Of a stretch of 64,000 bases of DNA, positions 37,010 through 49,140 are shown one piece after another. Source of the stretch: Eledone cirrhosa (Eukaryota); the NCBI GenBank assembly GCA_964016885.1, contig OZ024742.1, positions 238,886,001 to 238,950,000 of the forward strand. Direction: 5' to 3'. A program made the position numbers and the translations under genes. The notes under the pieces are model-generated. The model did not search any database and had not been told where the DNA came from. It was given only the letters and a program-made list of their open reading frames with translations. Positions within the stretch are counted from its first letter, which is position 1. Each line of letters begins with the position of its first letter.

Positions 37010-40000
37010 CGGCTTTAGGGTGGCGCCTCAGCTCTGACCACGCAGCCTTCGTTCTTAGCATTAAAGAATTGGTCTAGGGCCAATCTTGCCGCAAGAACGT
37101 CGATTGCGATGCCTTTGCTAATTGCCTCTTCTAGTTTTTTTCCCTAGTTCCCTCTCTACTCTAGTTTTCTCTATTGCTACAGTTTTGCTAAATCGTATTG
37201 ATTCTAATTTAATAGCTCTGTTCAGGGCGTATCACCACTTGTTGACGATTGCCCCTGTCAACGCCCGCTTAACTAATTCACTCATCTAGTCTCTGTAGGC
37301 TCTACGCGTTTGGAATGAGGTGTTTAACTTCCAGTAACCAGGTCCTTGCCTATGGAGCCTATCTAGATCTACTACACATGTCACAAATTTGTGGTCTGTG
37401 TATTTAACTGTTTGAAATCGTAGGCAGCTAATGCTATCCCTGTCTACTTCCCTACAGAATACCCTATCTAAATAGGATCTGGATGACCCGATACGGTTTG
37501 TCCAAGTCCAAATTGGCACATTCGGAAAATCCAGTTGATTTCTGTCAGGCAGTTGGAAGCGTCTGAGCAGATTTGCAGGGCTTTTACATCCCCCTCCTCT
37601 ATCCGTTAGTCCCACACATTCCCAGCGTGCATCTAAGATATCGTTCCACTAAGAATAAAGGGGGAGACGTTCCCAGAAAGGTTTCCAGACGTCGGAAGAA
37701 ATCAGTTCGCCCTGCCCCTGTTGGAGCATAGACGGCCACTAACCTGAAGGCGTGCCCTTCTCCTCCGGTCACGTCCAGCACCACCAATTTATCCTCTGGG
37801 TCCAGGAAGATGGTCCGTATTGTGAGATCCATGCCTTTCCGGAACAACACGGCAATTCCGCCTCCAGATCCTGGACCGCTTGGAGATGCGTACACCTCGT
37901 AACCACCGAATATGGGTGCGAAGGTTCGTGCGTCGGAAACTCTATTCTCGCTAATGGCCACCACATCTATGTCCAGTGACCTGAGGTCTTGAGCAGGTGC
38001 CCCTATTTCCAGGATGACCCCAAGCTCCGTGCATTCACACTGCCTATTTTGAGTGAGGCCACGATTGAGTTTGATGAGGAGAAAATGGGGAAGGCCACTT
38101 ACCTTATATTTTGGGGAGGAAGGACAGTGGTTCCATCCTTCGGGTTTTTTTCATTTTGGCTCAAAAGCCGAAATGTCTGTAGATTCGTTTGGAAATTCTT
38201 CCCCTGAAGTCTCCAATCCAATCTGGGAATTTTGTTTTTAAATGTGTGTATGTTTTCTGCGTTATTTTCATTATTTGTATGTTTTGGGGTATTGCTATTT
38301 TTCTGGTTTTGTAAAATCGTTTTGTGTGATTGTGTTGTAAGTAATTTAAAAGTTTTGTATTTTTTTAGTCAATTTCTGTGTAGTACGTGATGTTTGTATT
38401 TTTTGTTCTTGCGGGTGTGGCTTAGGTTTTGCTTGAGATGTTGTTTGTGTGCGTGGTGATTGTTGTAGTGTTGGCTGTATGGGTGTTTGTGGTGGTGGTG
38501 GTGGTGGTGATGAGGATGATGTGGTTTTGGGGGGTGTTTTTACCTTTCAGCTTTTGGGATTTTTTTTGCTCTTTCGCCTTCTCTTTTTGAGGGCGAAAAC
38601 GGAGATTTTTTTTCTTTTTATTTGTTCGTTTTGGGGAGAACATACTATATGCCACTTGTCGTCATGTGTATCATCAAAGGGTATTGGTGTTGTTGATGTT
38701 GTTGGTGACAGCTCTTTCTATATTGGACTTGGCGGTGCTGGTGTTGCTGCTACTGGTGTAGGTGTTGTTTTATTTGGTGTTTGTCTTCTAGTAATAGTTG
38801 TTGTGATCTTTGGTGTTGGTAGGTGCAGGGGTTTCTTTATGTTTGTTTTTAGGGAAGGGCAGAGTGCTCTCAGATGTTTTGTGGGGAGGCAGATATGACC
38901 TCTAGCTTTTCGCCCACCGACTTTTATGGGTAATATTATACCGTCTGAAAGGTGTAGTTGTTCAGGGATGACATCTACATTTTTTATGTGGTTTGTAGTA
39001 AAATTTCCACTGTCACCCCTAACCAATTGTCCTTGCTTATTTGGTAAACATCAAAAATGTTTGCGTTACGGCGACTAATAGCCAAGAAATGTCTATTTCT
39101 GGTGATATTTGGTTTATTTTAATTCTTAATCTCATTCTACAGTAGAATGGGATTAGCAGAAGTTCCTCACTTTGTAGGGTTTTGAGAGAGTGAGATTTTG
39201 CCTCTTCTTCGGTTTTAAATCTCCCCTCCACTGTGCCGAAACCTCTGCTTCTTTGAATATAAAATGTTGGGGTCCAAACTGGTCCCAAAGCCTTTTGAAT
39301 TTGAGCTTCGGTAGCTCTTACGATTTTTTAAACTTTTTAATCCAATAATACGGTACGTCACAGTTCGACTTACCGTATCTTGGATCGTTTCTAAAGGAGT
39401 CTTGAGACTGACGATATGGCCATTGCTTTCAACAAGACTCCTTGCCTTTTCTATTTCATCCTCAGAAAAGCACCGGTGAAAGAAATTTTCTGGGAGCTGT
39501 TGTTCAGTGTGGATTGTGTTGTTGTTGTTATTGTTGTTGCTCCCGTTGGGATCGTTGTAACAGTTATTGATATTGTTGTTGATATTCTGGTTGTTTTCGT
39601 TGATACTGTTGTTACTGTTATTGTTGTTGTGGCTGTTGTTGTTATTGTTGTCATTGTTATTGTCTTTCTCAATCCTTATCGCTGTTATTTTCGTTGTTGC
39701 TGTTGTTATTGATGGTGTTGTTGTAGGTGTTATTCTTGGTATTGTTTGTGCCTGAACTATTTGACTGTTTTAAATCTGAAACGATGTCATTAAAAACGAT
39801 ATTGTTTTTCTTTTCTTTCGAAATATTTTCTTTTGTATTCGCCTTTGATAGAACGCTGTCTTGTTGAACTGTTGACAACAACGTTTCCTCTCTCTATGTT
39901 GTCTTACAGCGCCCTCTCTCAGTGTAGTGGTATCCATGTTTGAAATAATTGTTTCTACTTTTGGCACAAGGCCAGCAATTACTCAGTGTATTACTGGTAC

Positions 40001-40256
40001 TTTATTTTATCGACCCCATAAGGATGAAAGGCAAAGTTAATGATTGAAAAACATTTTTTTTCTCAGTGGAATGTTACAAAAACGACACCCCATAACGGGG
40101 TGTCGTTTTATTTACGAGTGAACCTCCTGTGTTAAGTGGGTCACTTTCTCTAAACTCTTAACAATTTTAAAACTTGAATAAAGGATTACAAGCGGTCGAA
40201 ATAAATGTACGCAGTTGAAAAAACCTGAAGCCGATATGAAGCGTGGCTTCACCTTC
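37010..40256 (-). mobile_element. Older Tx1-clade LINE: 5'UTR, ORF1 and endonuclease; 3' part lost
   Basis: ORF1 fragments (GTVEGRFKTEEEAK, GRKARGHICLPTKHLRALC) and APE fragments (VAISENR, VAVYAPT, SYLDR, YTDHK). 5' end abuts (AAT)n at 40257. SINE between 5'UTR and ORF1. Confidence 0.85.
39945..40040 (-). mobile_element. SINE 3' half (10589 family)
   Basis: Reverse complement of core and tail. Confidence 0.9.
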
Positions 40257-40283
40257 AATAATAATAATAATAATAATAATAAT
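40257..40283. repeat. (AAT)n target tract
   Basis: Directly visible, between a Tx1 5' end and a Dong 5' end. Confidence 0.97.
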
Positions 40284-43200
40284 GGATAAGCGAGCTGGAA
40301 CTGGAGGAACTGAGCAGAGAGATTAGCTTGGAGATGGAGGGTGGAGTATGCCAGGCAAACGAGCCAGTGGGAAATGAAGGTGAAGAGGTCGAGAGAACGG
40401 AGGAACCACCCGAAGCAGACAATGATCTGAATGCTGAGATAAATAATACCTGGAACAGAGATACGGCCACTGAGGAGATGAATGCTGACGGGCTAGGACA
40501 AGATTTGGTTGATATCCTAAACTTAGTGGTAGATGAATTGAACAATGATAGTGGGAGACCTATGAACCTAAGATTTGTAGACAGGAAAAAGTTAAAAGAA
40601 ACAACAGCTAAGGTAAACAAAGTCATCCCATACCTTGAGGCGAGGAGCCTTCACCAGTGCAACAATATCCTCAAAGCAACAGCAAATACGGTGAGGAAAC
40701 TACTCGGTATAAAAGCTAGAGGAAACAACAGACAAGAAAGAGCAGAGCCTTGGTGGAAGAAACGACTGAGTGGTCAAATCAGGGAAATGAGAAATGACAT
40801 TGGAAAGCTTGAGTCCCTACTGAATGGGACACTAAAAAACATAGACACTAAAAATAGACTGGAAATAAAGTACAAAACTAGGAGGAAAAAGCTAAATATT
40901 ATCATAGAGGAACTGAAGCAACGCATTGTAGCAAAGAGTGCAAAAATCAGGCGATACGAGAACAGAATCAGTCAGTATAGACAGAACCGCATGTTCGACA
41001 ACAACCAGAAGATGCTGTTTGGACGGCTTGAAGGGAAAGAAAGAGGCAACGACTTGATCCCTGAGGCGGAACAAACTAAAACATTCTGGAGAGGAATATG
41101 GGAGCAGGATGTTAAACATAATGACCAGGCAGTGTGGATTGAGACAGTACAGAAGGAGATCAGTGAACAGGCACACCAACAAACTGATTTGAGTATCACA
41201 GTTGAAACTCTTAAGGGGCAGGCCAAAAAACTAACCAACTGGAAATCACCTGGTCCAGATGGTGTGCAGGGGTATTGGATTAAAAACATAACATCCCTCC
41301 ACCCGAAACTGACAACCATGTTCAATGACTGCTTGATGTCAGGTGAGGTGCCAGAGTGGTGACAAAAGGTACCACAGTTCTGATAATGAAAGACCGAATC
41401 AAGAGTAATGATGTTACCAACTATAGACCTATCACATGTCTGTCCGTAATGTGGAAACTGTTGACAAGCATTATGTCTGAGGAAATCTACCATCACCTCC
41501 ACACAAACAACTTGTTACCGGACATACAGAAAGGATGCCGAAAGAAGTCACGTGGTACAAAGGACCAGTTACTTATTGATAAGATCGTAATGAGGAATTG
41601 CAAGAGGAGACACACTGGTCTTGCCATGGGATGGATAGACTACAAAAAGGCATTTGACATGGTGCCTCATTCTTGGATCACAAAAAGCCTGGAGATCTTC
41701 AAGGTGGCAGATAACATCAGACAGTTGTTGGGCAAAAGTATGAAGTCCTGGGAAACAGAGTTAACATCAACTGGAGAATCCTTGGGAAGCGTGAAAATCA
41801 AGAGAGGTATCTTCCAGGGAGATAGTCTGTCCCTTCTGTTGTTTGTCCTTGCCCTGATGCCCCTGACCAGTGTACTGCGAAAAGTGAGAGCAGGATACAG
41901 GTTGGGAAAGGGAGAGTTTACCATCAATCACCTCCTCTTCATGGACGATCTTAAGCTCTTCGGGAAGAGTGAGAAGGAGTTGGATGTGCTTGTTGACACT
42001 GTCCGTATTTTCAGCAATGATATATGTATGCAATTTGGTATTAGTAAGTGTGGAGTCATTGTGATGAGGAGGGGTAAGTTGAGCAGAAGTAACGGAATCC
42101 AGATACCAACAGGTGAGATGATAAAGGAAATTGACTCTGAGGAAGGATACAATTATTTGGGCGTTCTGGAGGCTGATGACATCAAGAACAAAACAATGAA
42201 GGAATTGATAAGAACTGAATACCTTCGGAGAGTAAGGAGCGTATTAAAGTCACATCTGAACAGTAGGAATGCCATAAGTGCAGTAAATTCCCGAGCTGTG
42301 TCTATTATTAGGTACAGTACGGGAATTCTGAGATGGAATGTTGCTGAACAAAAAGAAATGGATAGGAAGACTAGGAAGCTATTGACTATCTACAATATGT
42401 TCCACAAGAGGAGTGATGTCGATAGACTCTACTTAAGGAGATCTGAAGGTGGAAGAGGTCTTATCAGCATAGAGGACTGTGTTCAGATGGAGAAAAACAA
42501 CCTACACAAATACGTGACTGATAGTAAGGAGCCAATGCTCAGAACTGTACTGAAGGAGGGGACAATAGGCCAGGGGATGTCCAAGGAGGAAATAACATCA
42601 AGGAGAAAGAGCAGCCTTCAGGAAAATCCCTTCATAGTACCTTCTTTGAGAAAACTGAATTTAGAGATCCACAGACATGGAACTGGTTGAAAAGAGGAGA
42701 CCTTAAAAAGGCTACAGAAGGAATGTTAATGGTTGCGCAGGAGCAGGCCCTCAAAACGAAGTGGTTGAAACACCACATTTACAAGGAGGAGGCTAGCCCA
42801 CTGTGCAGGATCTGTGGAGAGAGAGAGGAGACTATGGCTCACATTGTATCCGAGTGTAAACACCTAGCCCAGACTCACTATAAGGGCTGGAGACATGATG
42901 TGATGGGCAGGGTGATCCACTGGCACCTATGCAAAGTAAACAATTTACCACATTCTGAGAAGTGGTATGAGCATAAGCCAGAGGCGGTGATAGAAAACGA
43001 TCAGATGAAGGTGCTGTGGGATTTTAGGATACATACGGACAAGAAACTGGAACACAATAGACCTGACCTGGTGGTTTTGGACAAAGAAAAAAGATCGTGC
43101 CTGATTGTGGATGTGGCCTGCCCATTCGACACGAGAGTGCAAGAGAAGGAGAGGGAGAAAATTAACCGATACCAGGACTTAAAGTGGGAGGTAAAAAGGA

Positions 43201-43452
43201 TTTGGAACTGCCATGAAGTCAAAGTGATCCCGATTGTCATAGGCGCACTAGGGACTATCTCAAAAAGTTTCCAGGGATGGTTAAAGAAAATTGGCCCCTT
43301 CACGCTTTTTGGAACGCTTCAAAAGGCATGCTTTCTGGGAACAGCAAGAACCCTCCGATACGTCCTGAATATCTGAGGCTGCAGGTAGTGGCTTGATATT
43401 CATTTCAACAAACTTTCCAGTTAACTAACATCAATGACTGAGACTCAAAGAG
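40283..43452 (+). mobile_element. R4/Dong-clade non-LTR retrotransposon, 5'-truncated, two frameshifts, in (TAA)n
   Basis: ORFs 40328-41362, 41356-42690 and 42687-43376. KSPGPDG, YRPITCL, DYKKAFD, IFQGDSLS, FMDD, CRIC..H....C, RHD, NRPD..VDVACP, K...Y (RLE). (TAA)n on both sides, the known Dong target. Confidence 0.95.
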
Positions 43453-43459
43453 TAATAAC

Positions 43460-43510
<51 letters not shown>
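43453..43510. repeat. (AAT)n tract shared by tail-to-tail Dong and Tx1
   Basis: Directly visible. Confidence 0.97.
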
Positions 43511-43511
<1 letters not shown>

Positions 43512-43752
43512 TTTTCTTTATTAACCACAGGGGTTTACATAAAGTAGACATTAAGGACAGTACAGGACAATACAGGACGGTACAAATGGGCATTTCTGCG
43601 TGTAAAAAACAGAGGATGTAATAAAATAACAAAGAAAAATTCCCCAATAGGGGGGAGACTTCCGAGGGACATTTGTGGAGAAAGCCCATTAAAAGACCAC
43701 AGTGACCCTGACCACCAGGGCAAGTGCCCTCTCCCAGTTTTCCACCTTTAAT

Positions 43753-46700
43753 TTACAGAGACATACTCAGAGAAGGCCCATTCATTCGGGCTATACTTGC
43801 TTCTCTCACCCATCTTTCAACAAAAAGCTGGGAAGAGAGCACTTCCCTCTCTACCCTGATTTTCCTTTTCAAATGAAATTTGAAAAAGTTAATCAGGGCA
43901 TCACCGAAGAGGTAAGTGCTCGTCTTCAGCCCTTTCAAACGTGTCCACCATACTATCTCTTTCGCCATGGCCACCAGACAGATAAAAACTGCCTGCCCTT
44001 CCCGGCTAAAGGAGGAGGGCGGGGCAATCCTCACGATGGACTCAGCTGATAGCTGGATCCGTCCTACACGTGACAGCAGGTATTCGACATAAACCCACAA
44101 GTCAGCAATGCTCGGACACTGGACGAGTGCGTGCAGGACGGTTTCGTCGCCCTGTGCGCATCTCGGACATGCTCGGCTGACGGCATCTCCATGCCTGTAG
44201 AGTTTATCCCGAACTGGCAAAGCTCCTCGGTAGCACTGCCAGGCCAGGGATTTCTGGAAGTTGTCCATAGGCCCCGGCCCGAAAGTCCTTCCGAAGAGAT
44301 TGGCTAGTTGATTTTCGTCGACGCCTAGAGTTTCTCCAAGTACGTCGTCGCTCTTACCCTCCACTAATCCCCTATAGAACGCCAAGGTGGAGTTTCCACC
44401 GATCACATTGCCCGATTGGTCGAGGGCTGTGAGCGCCTGAAGACATTCCAGTCTCCAAGCGCTCCCTCTCGGTCTTCGCTTGACCCAGGACTGCAGCTCC
44501 GTCAAGGAGACGAGCTGGGGAAAAACGTGTCTAACAGACGGCGACCACATCTGATCACCGTCGAGGAAGTGGTGGAGATGTCGTAGCCTGAGCGCGTGTC
44601 TGCGCATCATCAGCCACGGTATGCCCAGCCCTCCACGTAGCGGGTGTTGACAGCAGATGGACCGCCTGACCATCGGAGCGCGTCCCATCCACAAGAAGCG
44701 AAAGAGCAAACGCTCCAGCGCAGTCAGGTGGGGCTTAGGACAAGGTACGACGGTCAGGCGGTAGTAGATGACGGACCCGATGTACGCGTTAGCCACCTCC
44801 GCTCGACCTTTCAGGGATAGCTTCCTCTCGGCCCATTTCTGGGTGAGAGAAGCCACCCTGCTCGTCACCTCGTCCCAGTTTTTGTCCGTCTGGAGGTCTG
44901 GACCGAACCAGACCCCTAGCAATTTAACCGGTCCGTCCGTCCAGCGTCCGACGACGCTGTTGGACGGCATGGACCTGCCTCTCCAGGTGCCGAGCTGCAG
45001 GCCCACTGACTTTTCCTGGTTGATCATTGCTCCTGTCACCGCTTCGTATTCTCTTAGTGTAGTGCCGATCGCCTCGATGTGTTTGGCGTTCGACACCACT
45101 ACGGTGACATCGTCCGCATATGCTGACACGGATCTTCCGCATCCTAGTTCGCGCAGGACCCCCCTCAACGTCTCCAGTTTGTGCAGTAATGGCTCGAGAG
45201 TCAATACGTACAATAGGGACGAGAGGGGACATCCTTGACGGACCGAGCGCATGATGTTCAACGGTTCCGAAAGGTGACCGTTCACTCTCACTACAGAGCA
45301 GATGTCGCTGTGCATGGCAGCGATCCAGCCTTTGAAGACGGGCCCAAAGCCAGCCGCCCTCAGGACTGCCGCTAGGTAACAATGGTCGACCCTATCGAAG
45401 GCTTTCGACTGATCTAAATTGATCAAAGACCAACCCGTGCCAGGTTCCCTAGCTACCCTCTCTACGATGTATCGCATGAGGTGGAGGTTGTCGTGGATGG
45501 ATCTGTCGGGAATGGCGCATGTCTGTGCCTCTCCCACCAGACCACCAACGACAAGCGCCAACCTCTTTGCTAGCACCTTGGCCAAAATCTTGAACTCTGT
45601 GTTTAGCAGAGTTATGGGCCTAAAATTATCTATGTTATCCCCCTTGTTTGGATCCTTTCTCAGCAGCTCCACCGTTCCTCGGCTCACAGAGCTGGGAGTT
45701 CTCCCGTTCTGTTGCCAGTTGCAGTAGACGTCCGCCAAGAGGCCTCCGAACAAGTTTGGCATTTGTACGTAAAGTTCATAGGGCAGACCATCCAAACCAG
45801 GCGATTTACCCCTTGTGCAGCCAGTCATTGCCTCCCGTACTTCAGCGGTTGTTATCGGCTTTTCGCAACACTCCGCCTCAGTGGCCGAAAGCCGCGGCAG
45901 TCCGTCGAGGTAGACACTAAAGTCCATCCCTCGATCCGGCCCGCCACTGCCCCCGAACAGTTGAGCGAAGTGTCGCTGAAAAGCTTCACACATTTGCCCG
46001 GGATCGAGTAGCATGCGCCCGTCGTGGTCCACCAAAGACCGGATCGTGGCTTTGTTGCCACGGCGCGCCTCCGCCACTCGGGCCCATTGAACGGCTTTCG
46101 TCCCCTCGTGTCTGAGAGCACGCACCCTAGCTCTGACAACGCAGCCTTCGTGCTTTGCATTGAAGAATTGGTCAAGGGCCAATTTCGCCGCAAGCACGTC
46201 GGTCGCAATGCCTTTGCTAAGCGCCTCGTCTAATTTTCTAACTAGTTCTCCCTCTGCTCTATTTTTCTCTATTGCTAAAGCCTTACTAAACCTAATGGAT
46301 TATATTCTAATCGCTCTTTTCAGAGCAAACCACCACTTGTTGTTGACGATGGTACATTCGGGAAATCCATACGGTACCTGTCAGACAGTTCAAAACGCCT
46401 GAGCAGGTTGGTGAGACTCTTGCACCCTCCTTCCCTATCCACTAATCCCACACAATCCCAGCGTGCATCTAAGATCCCGTTCCAGTCGCCCACTAACACT
46501 AAAGAGCGGGACGTTCCAAGAAAGGTCTCCAGACGCCGGAAGAAATCAGGCCGCCCTGCTCCTGTCGGGGCATAGACGGCCACTAACCTGAAAGCTTGCC
46601 CGTCTCCGCTGGTCACGTCCAGCACCACCAACTTACCTTCTGGGTCCAGGAAGATGGCCCGTATGGCAAGATCCAAACCTCTCCGAAAAAGCACAGCAAC

Positions 46701-46907
46701 TCCTCCCCCCGATCCCGGACGGCTGAGAGATGCATACACATCGTAGCCGCCGAAGATCGGTGCGAAGGCCCGTGCTTCGGAGATTCTGGTCTCGCTGATG
46801 GCCACTACATCTATGTTTAGTGACCTGAGGTCGTTGAGCAGGTGGCCCTGCTTCCATGACGACCCCAAGCCACGCGCATTTATGCTGCCTATTCTGAGTG
46901 AGGTCAT
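43753..46907 (-). pseudogene. ORF2 APE-RT-zinc finger of copy A; ~265-nt deletion in the endonuclease
   Basis: ORFs 46320-46907 and 43753-46197, with YADD intact. The junction at ~46352 lacks the segment present at ~58294-58558 in copy B (TGG microhomology). Confidence 0.93.
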
Positions 46908-46941
46908 GTTGAAAAGGAGTGGAAAAGATGGGAAAGACCAC

Positions 46942-48528
46942 TTACCTTACTTCTCGTAGGGGAAGGACGGTTTTTCCATCCTTTTCACTGCTTGTGGCCT
47001 CCTCAGGAAGGATGTCCTTATAAATCCTCCTGGAGAGTGCTTGTCGGAAGTCTCCGATGTCTTTGGGGAATTTTTGTTTTAGTGTCATGTACGTTTTCTG
47101 TGTGATGCGAGTGATTTGTATGTGTGGAGGTTGTGTGAATTTTGGGGTTGTTGTGTAGTCTTTTTCTGTGATGCTGGTGTTGTGTTGGATGTAGTGTAAT
47201 AATTGCTTGTTGTTCAAATTTAATGCTGTGTAGTGTGTATCGTTTTGGTTGTTTTGTTTTGTTTGCGTTTGTTGTGGGTTTGTTTCTGTTTCGCATTTTG
47301 GTGACTTTTGTGGTGTAGGTGATGGTGGTGTTGGGGTTAATGATGGTGATGGTGTTGGTGTTTGGGTTGATGGGGTTGGTGATGCTGGTGTGGATGGTGG
47401 CATATCTGTCCTAACTTTTTTGTTTGTTAATTTATTTGTTTCCCTCTGTATTTTGTTTTTGGAGGGGGAAGGAAGAGAATTTTTTCTTTTTTGGTTTCTT
47501 TTTTTTTTTCCTGATACCGTTTCCCACTCCTCGTCGTCACAATCTGTCTCCAGTTGTGATAGGCCGGGGAGTGGAAAATCCTCCACAGGCGTTAGTTTTG
47601 GTTGTGGCGTGGTGGATGGTGTAGGCGCTGGTGCTAGTTCTGAAGCGTTGGGTGGTGGTGGTGTTGGTTTTGCTGGTGGTGGTGGTGTTGGTTTTGCCAC
47701 TGTTGCTGGGGTTGTTGCTGTTATAGTTGCTTCTGTTGTTGCTGCTACAGTTGTTGCTGCAATCTCTGCTACTGGTGGTGTTGATGGTTGTGTCACTGGG
47801 GTGGGTAGGAGAGGTGGCCTCAACCTTTTAGCCTGAGGGCAGAAAGCCCTTAGGTGGGTTCCTTCACCACAAACGACACATCTAGGCCTTCTGCCCTCGA
47901 CAATTACGGTGAGGTGGCTGCCGTCAGTGAGGTCTATTACCTCTGGGATCTTCTCAATGCTTTTTTGGTCCGCTTGGATCAGGAGCTCCATCCCAGATCC
48001 GGACCAGTTCTCCTGCTTTTCTTTTGCTATTGCTATTATCTTTGTGTTGGCTTCGCTGCCGGCGAGGACGGCCGCTATTAGCCAGGGAATTTCGATGGCC
48101 GGTGGAACGTGGGTCACCCTGATCTTTACGAGTCTCTGGCCACAATAGCTTGGGACGAGTGTGAAGTCGTCACTTCTTAATGGGGCCATGGAGTGTTCTC
48201 TAGCCTCCTCTGGTGTTTCAAAGAACACGTCCACGGTTCCATACTTCTGCCCACGTCTGATGTGGGTTTTTCTTGCCCACACATGTCCCAAAGCTTTTTG
48301 GATTTGGGACTCGGATGCCCGTTCCACTCGGCGCGATTTTACATTTATTGTTCGATACGACACGGTGCATAGGCGCCGATGCTCCATTTTATTAGGTGGG
48401 GGGGGGGCTGACCCTGTACCCATCTTTCTTTACCATTTGTTTGGCATTTTCTAATTCCTCCTGAGTTACCGTATATGCTTCGCACTGTTTTGCTACTCTG
48501 GCAAAACTCAGGGTGGTTTTTTTAATGT

Positions 48529-48559
<31 letters not shown>

Positions 48560-48909
48560 ATTAATTTTAGTTTCAGTTGTGGTGGTGGTGACGTCAGTGA
48601 AGTTCGGTTTGGGAAGTCCATTTTGGTTGAAAATATTTCGACATCACGAGTTGATTTATTTTTTCCTTTTGTTTCTGTTGTCGCGGTGGTGGTGGGGGTG
48701 GTGGTTGTCGCGGTGGTGGTGGCTTTAACACCTGCAGTCATTGGTAATGGCGGGAAATGAATGTCTGCCTGAGACAAATTTAAAATATTGCTAGTGCTTA
48801 AATTGTGTGTGTTGGCAGACGTAGTATCATTTACAATGGTGGTGTCGGTGTGAGGTGTTAATTTGTGAGAAAGGCTTTCAGCTGCTTGGTGCAGTGGTGA
48901 ATTAGCCAT
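46942..48909 (-). pseudogene. ORF1 of copy A (RRM-like region, CCHC knuckle, Pro/Thr-rich region, C-terminal domain)
   Basis: ORFs 48508-48909 and 46942-48423. CVVCGEGTHLRAFC knuckle and basic KKKRNQKRK patch. Confidence 0.88.
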
Positions 48910-49140
48910 TTGTTTTTCAAAGAAATTTTTTGATAATCATAAAAGTTTAAATTTTGGGCACAAGGCCCCAATCTTTTTGGGTGTCCTTTTCGGAAAACAA
49001 TGTATGTGCGCTTATATATAGTTAACAATAAAAATTTTCCATAAATGGCAATTTTTAACAAACGGAAATAACAAACCTTTGCGGAGCTCACGATGATACG
49101 ATTTACTACGTAGGTCGCCAATAATAATAATAATAATAAT

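Larger units (their letters stand above)
43511..49119 (-). mobile_element. Full-length Tx1-clade LINE (copy A)
   Basis: 5'UTR, ORF1 (48909-46942, one break), ORF2 (46907 to ~43800), 3'UTR ending AATAAAGAAAAC(ATT)n. (AAT)n on both sides. Confidence 0.95.

Noticed and set aside
40079-40109. Rho-independent terminator-like hairpin with T tail
   Set aside because: Eukaryotic retroelement 5'UTR context; kept only as an RNA-structure candidate.
44768-48454. Plus-strand ORFs antisense to Tx1 ORFs, recurring in several copies (e.g. MTDAMYA...)
   Set aside because: Explained by shared ancestry and GC-rich codon use of the sense ORF; no independent motifs.
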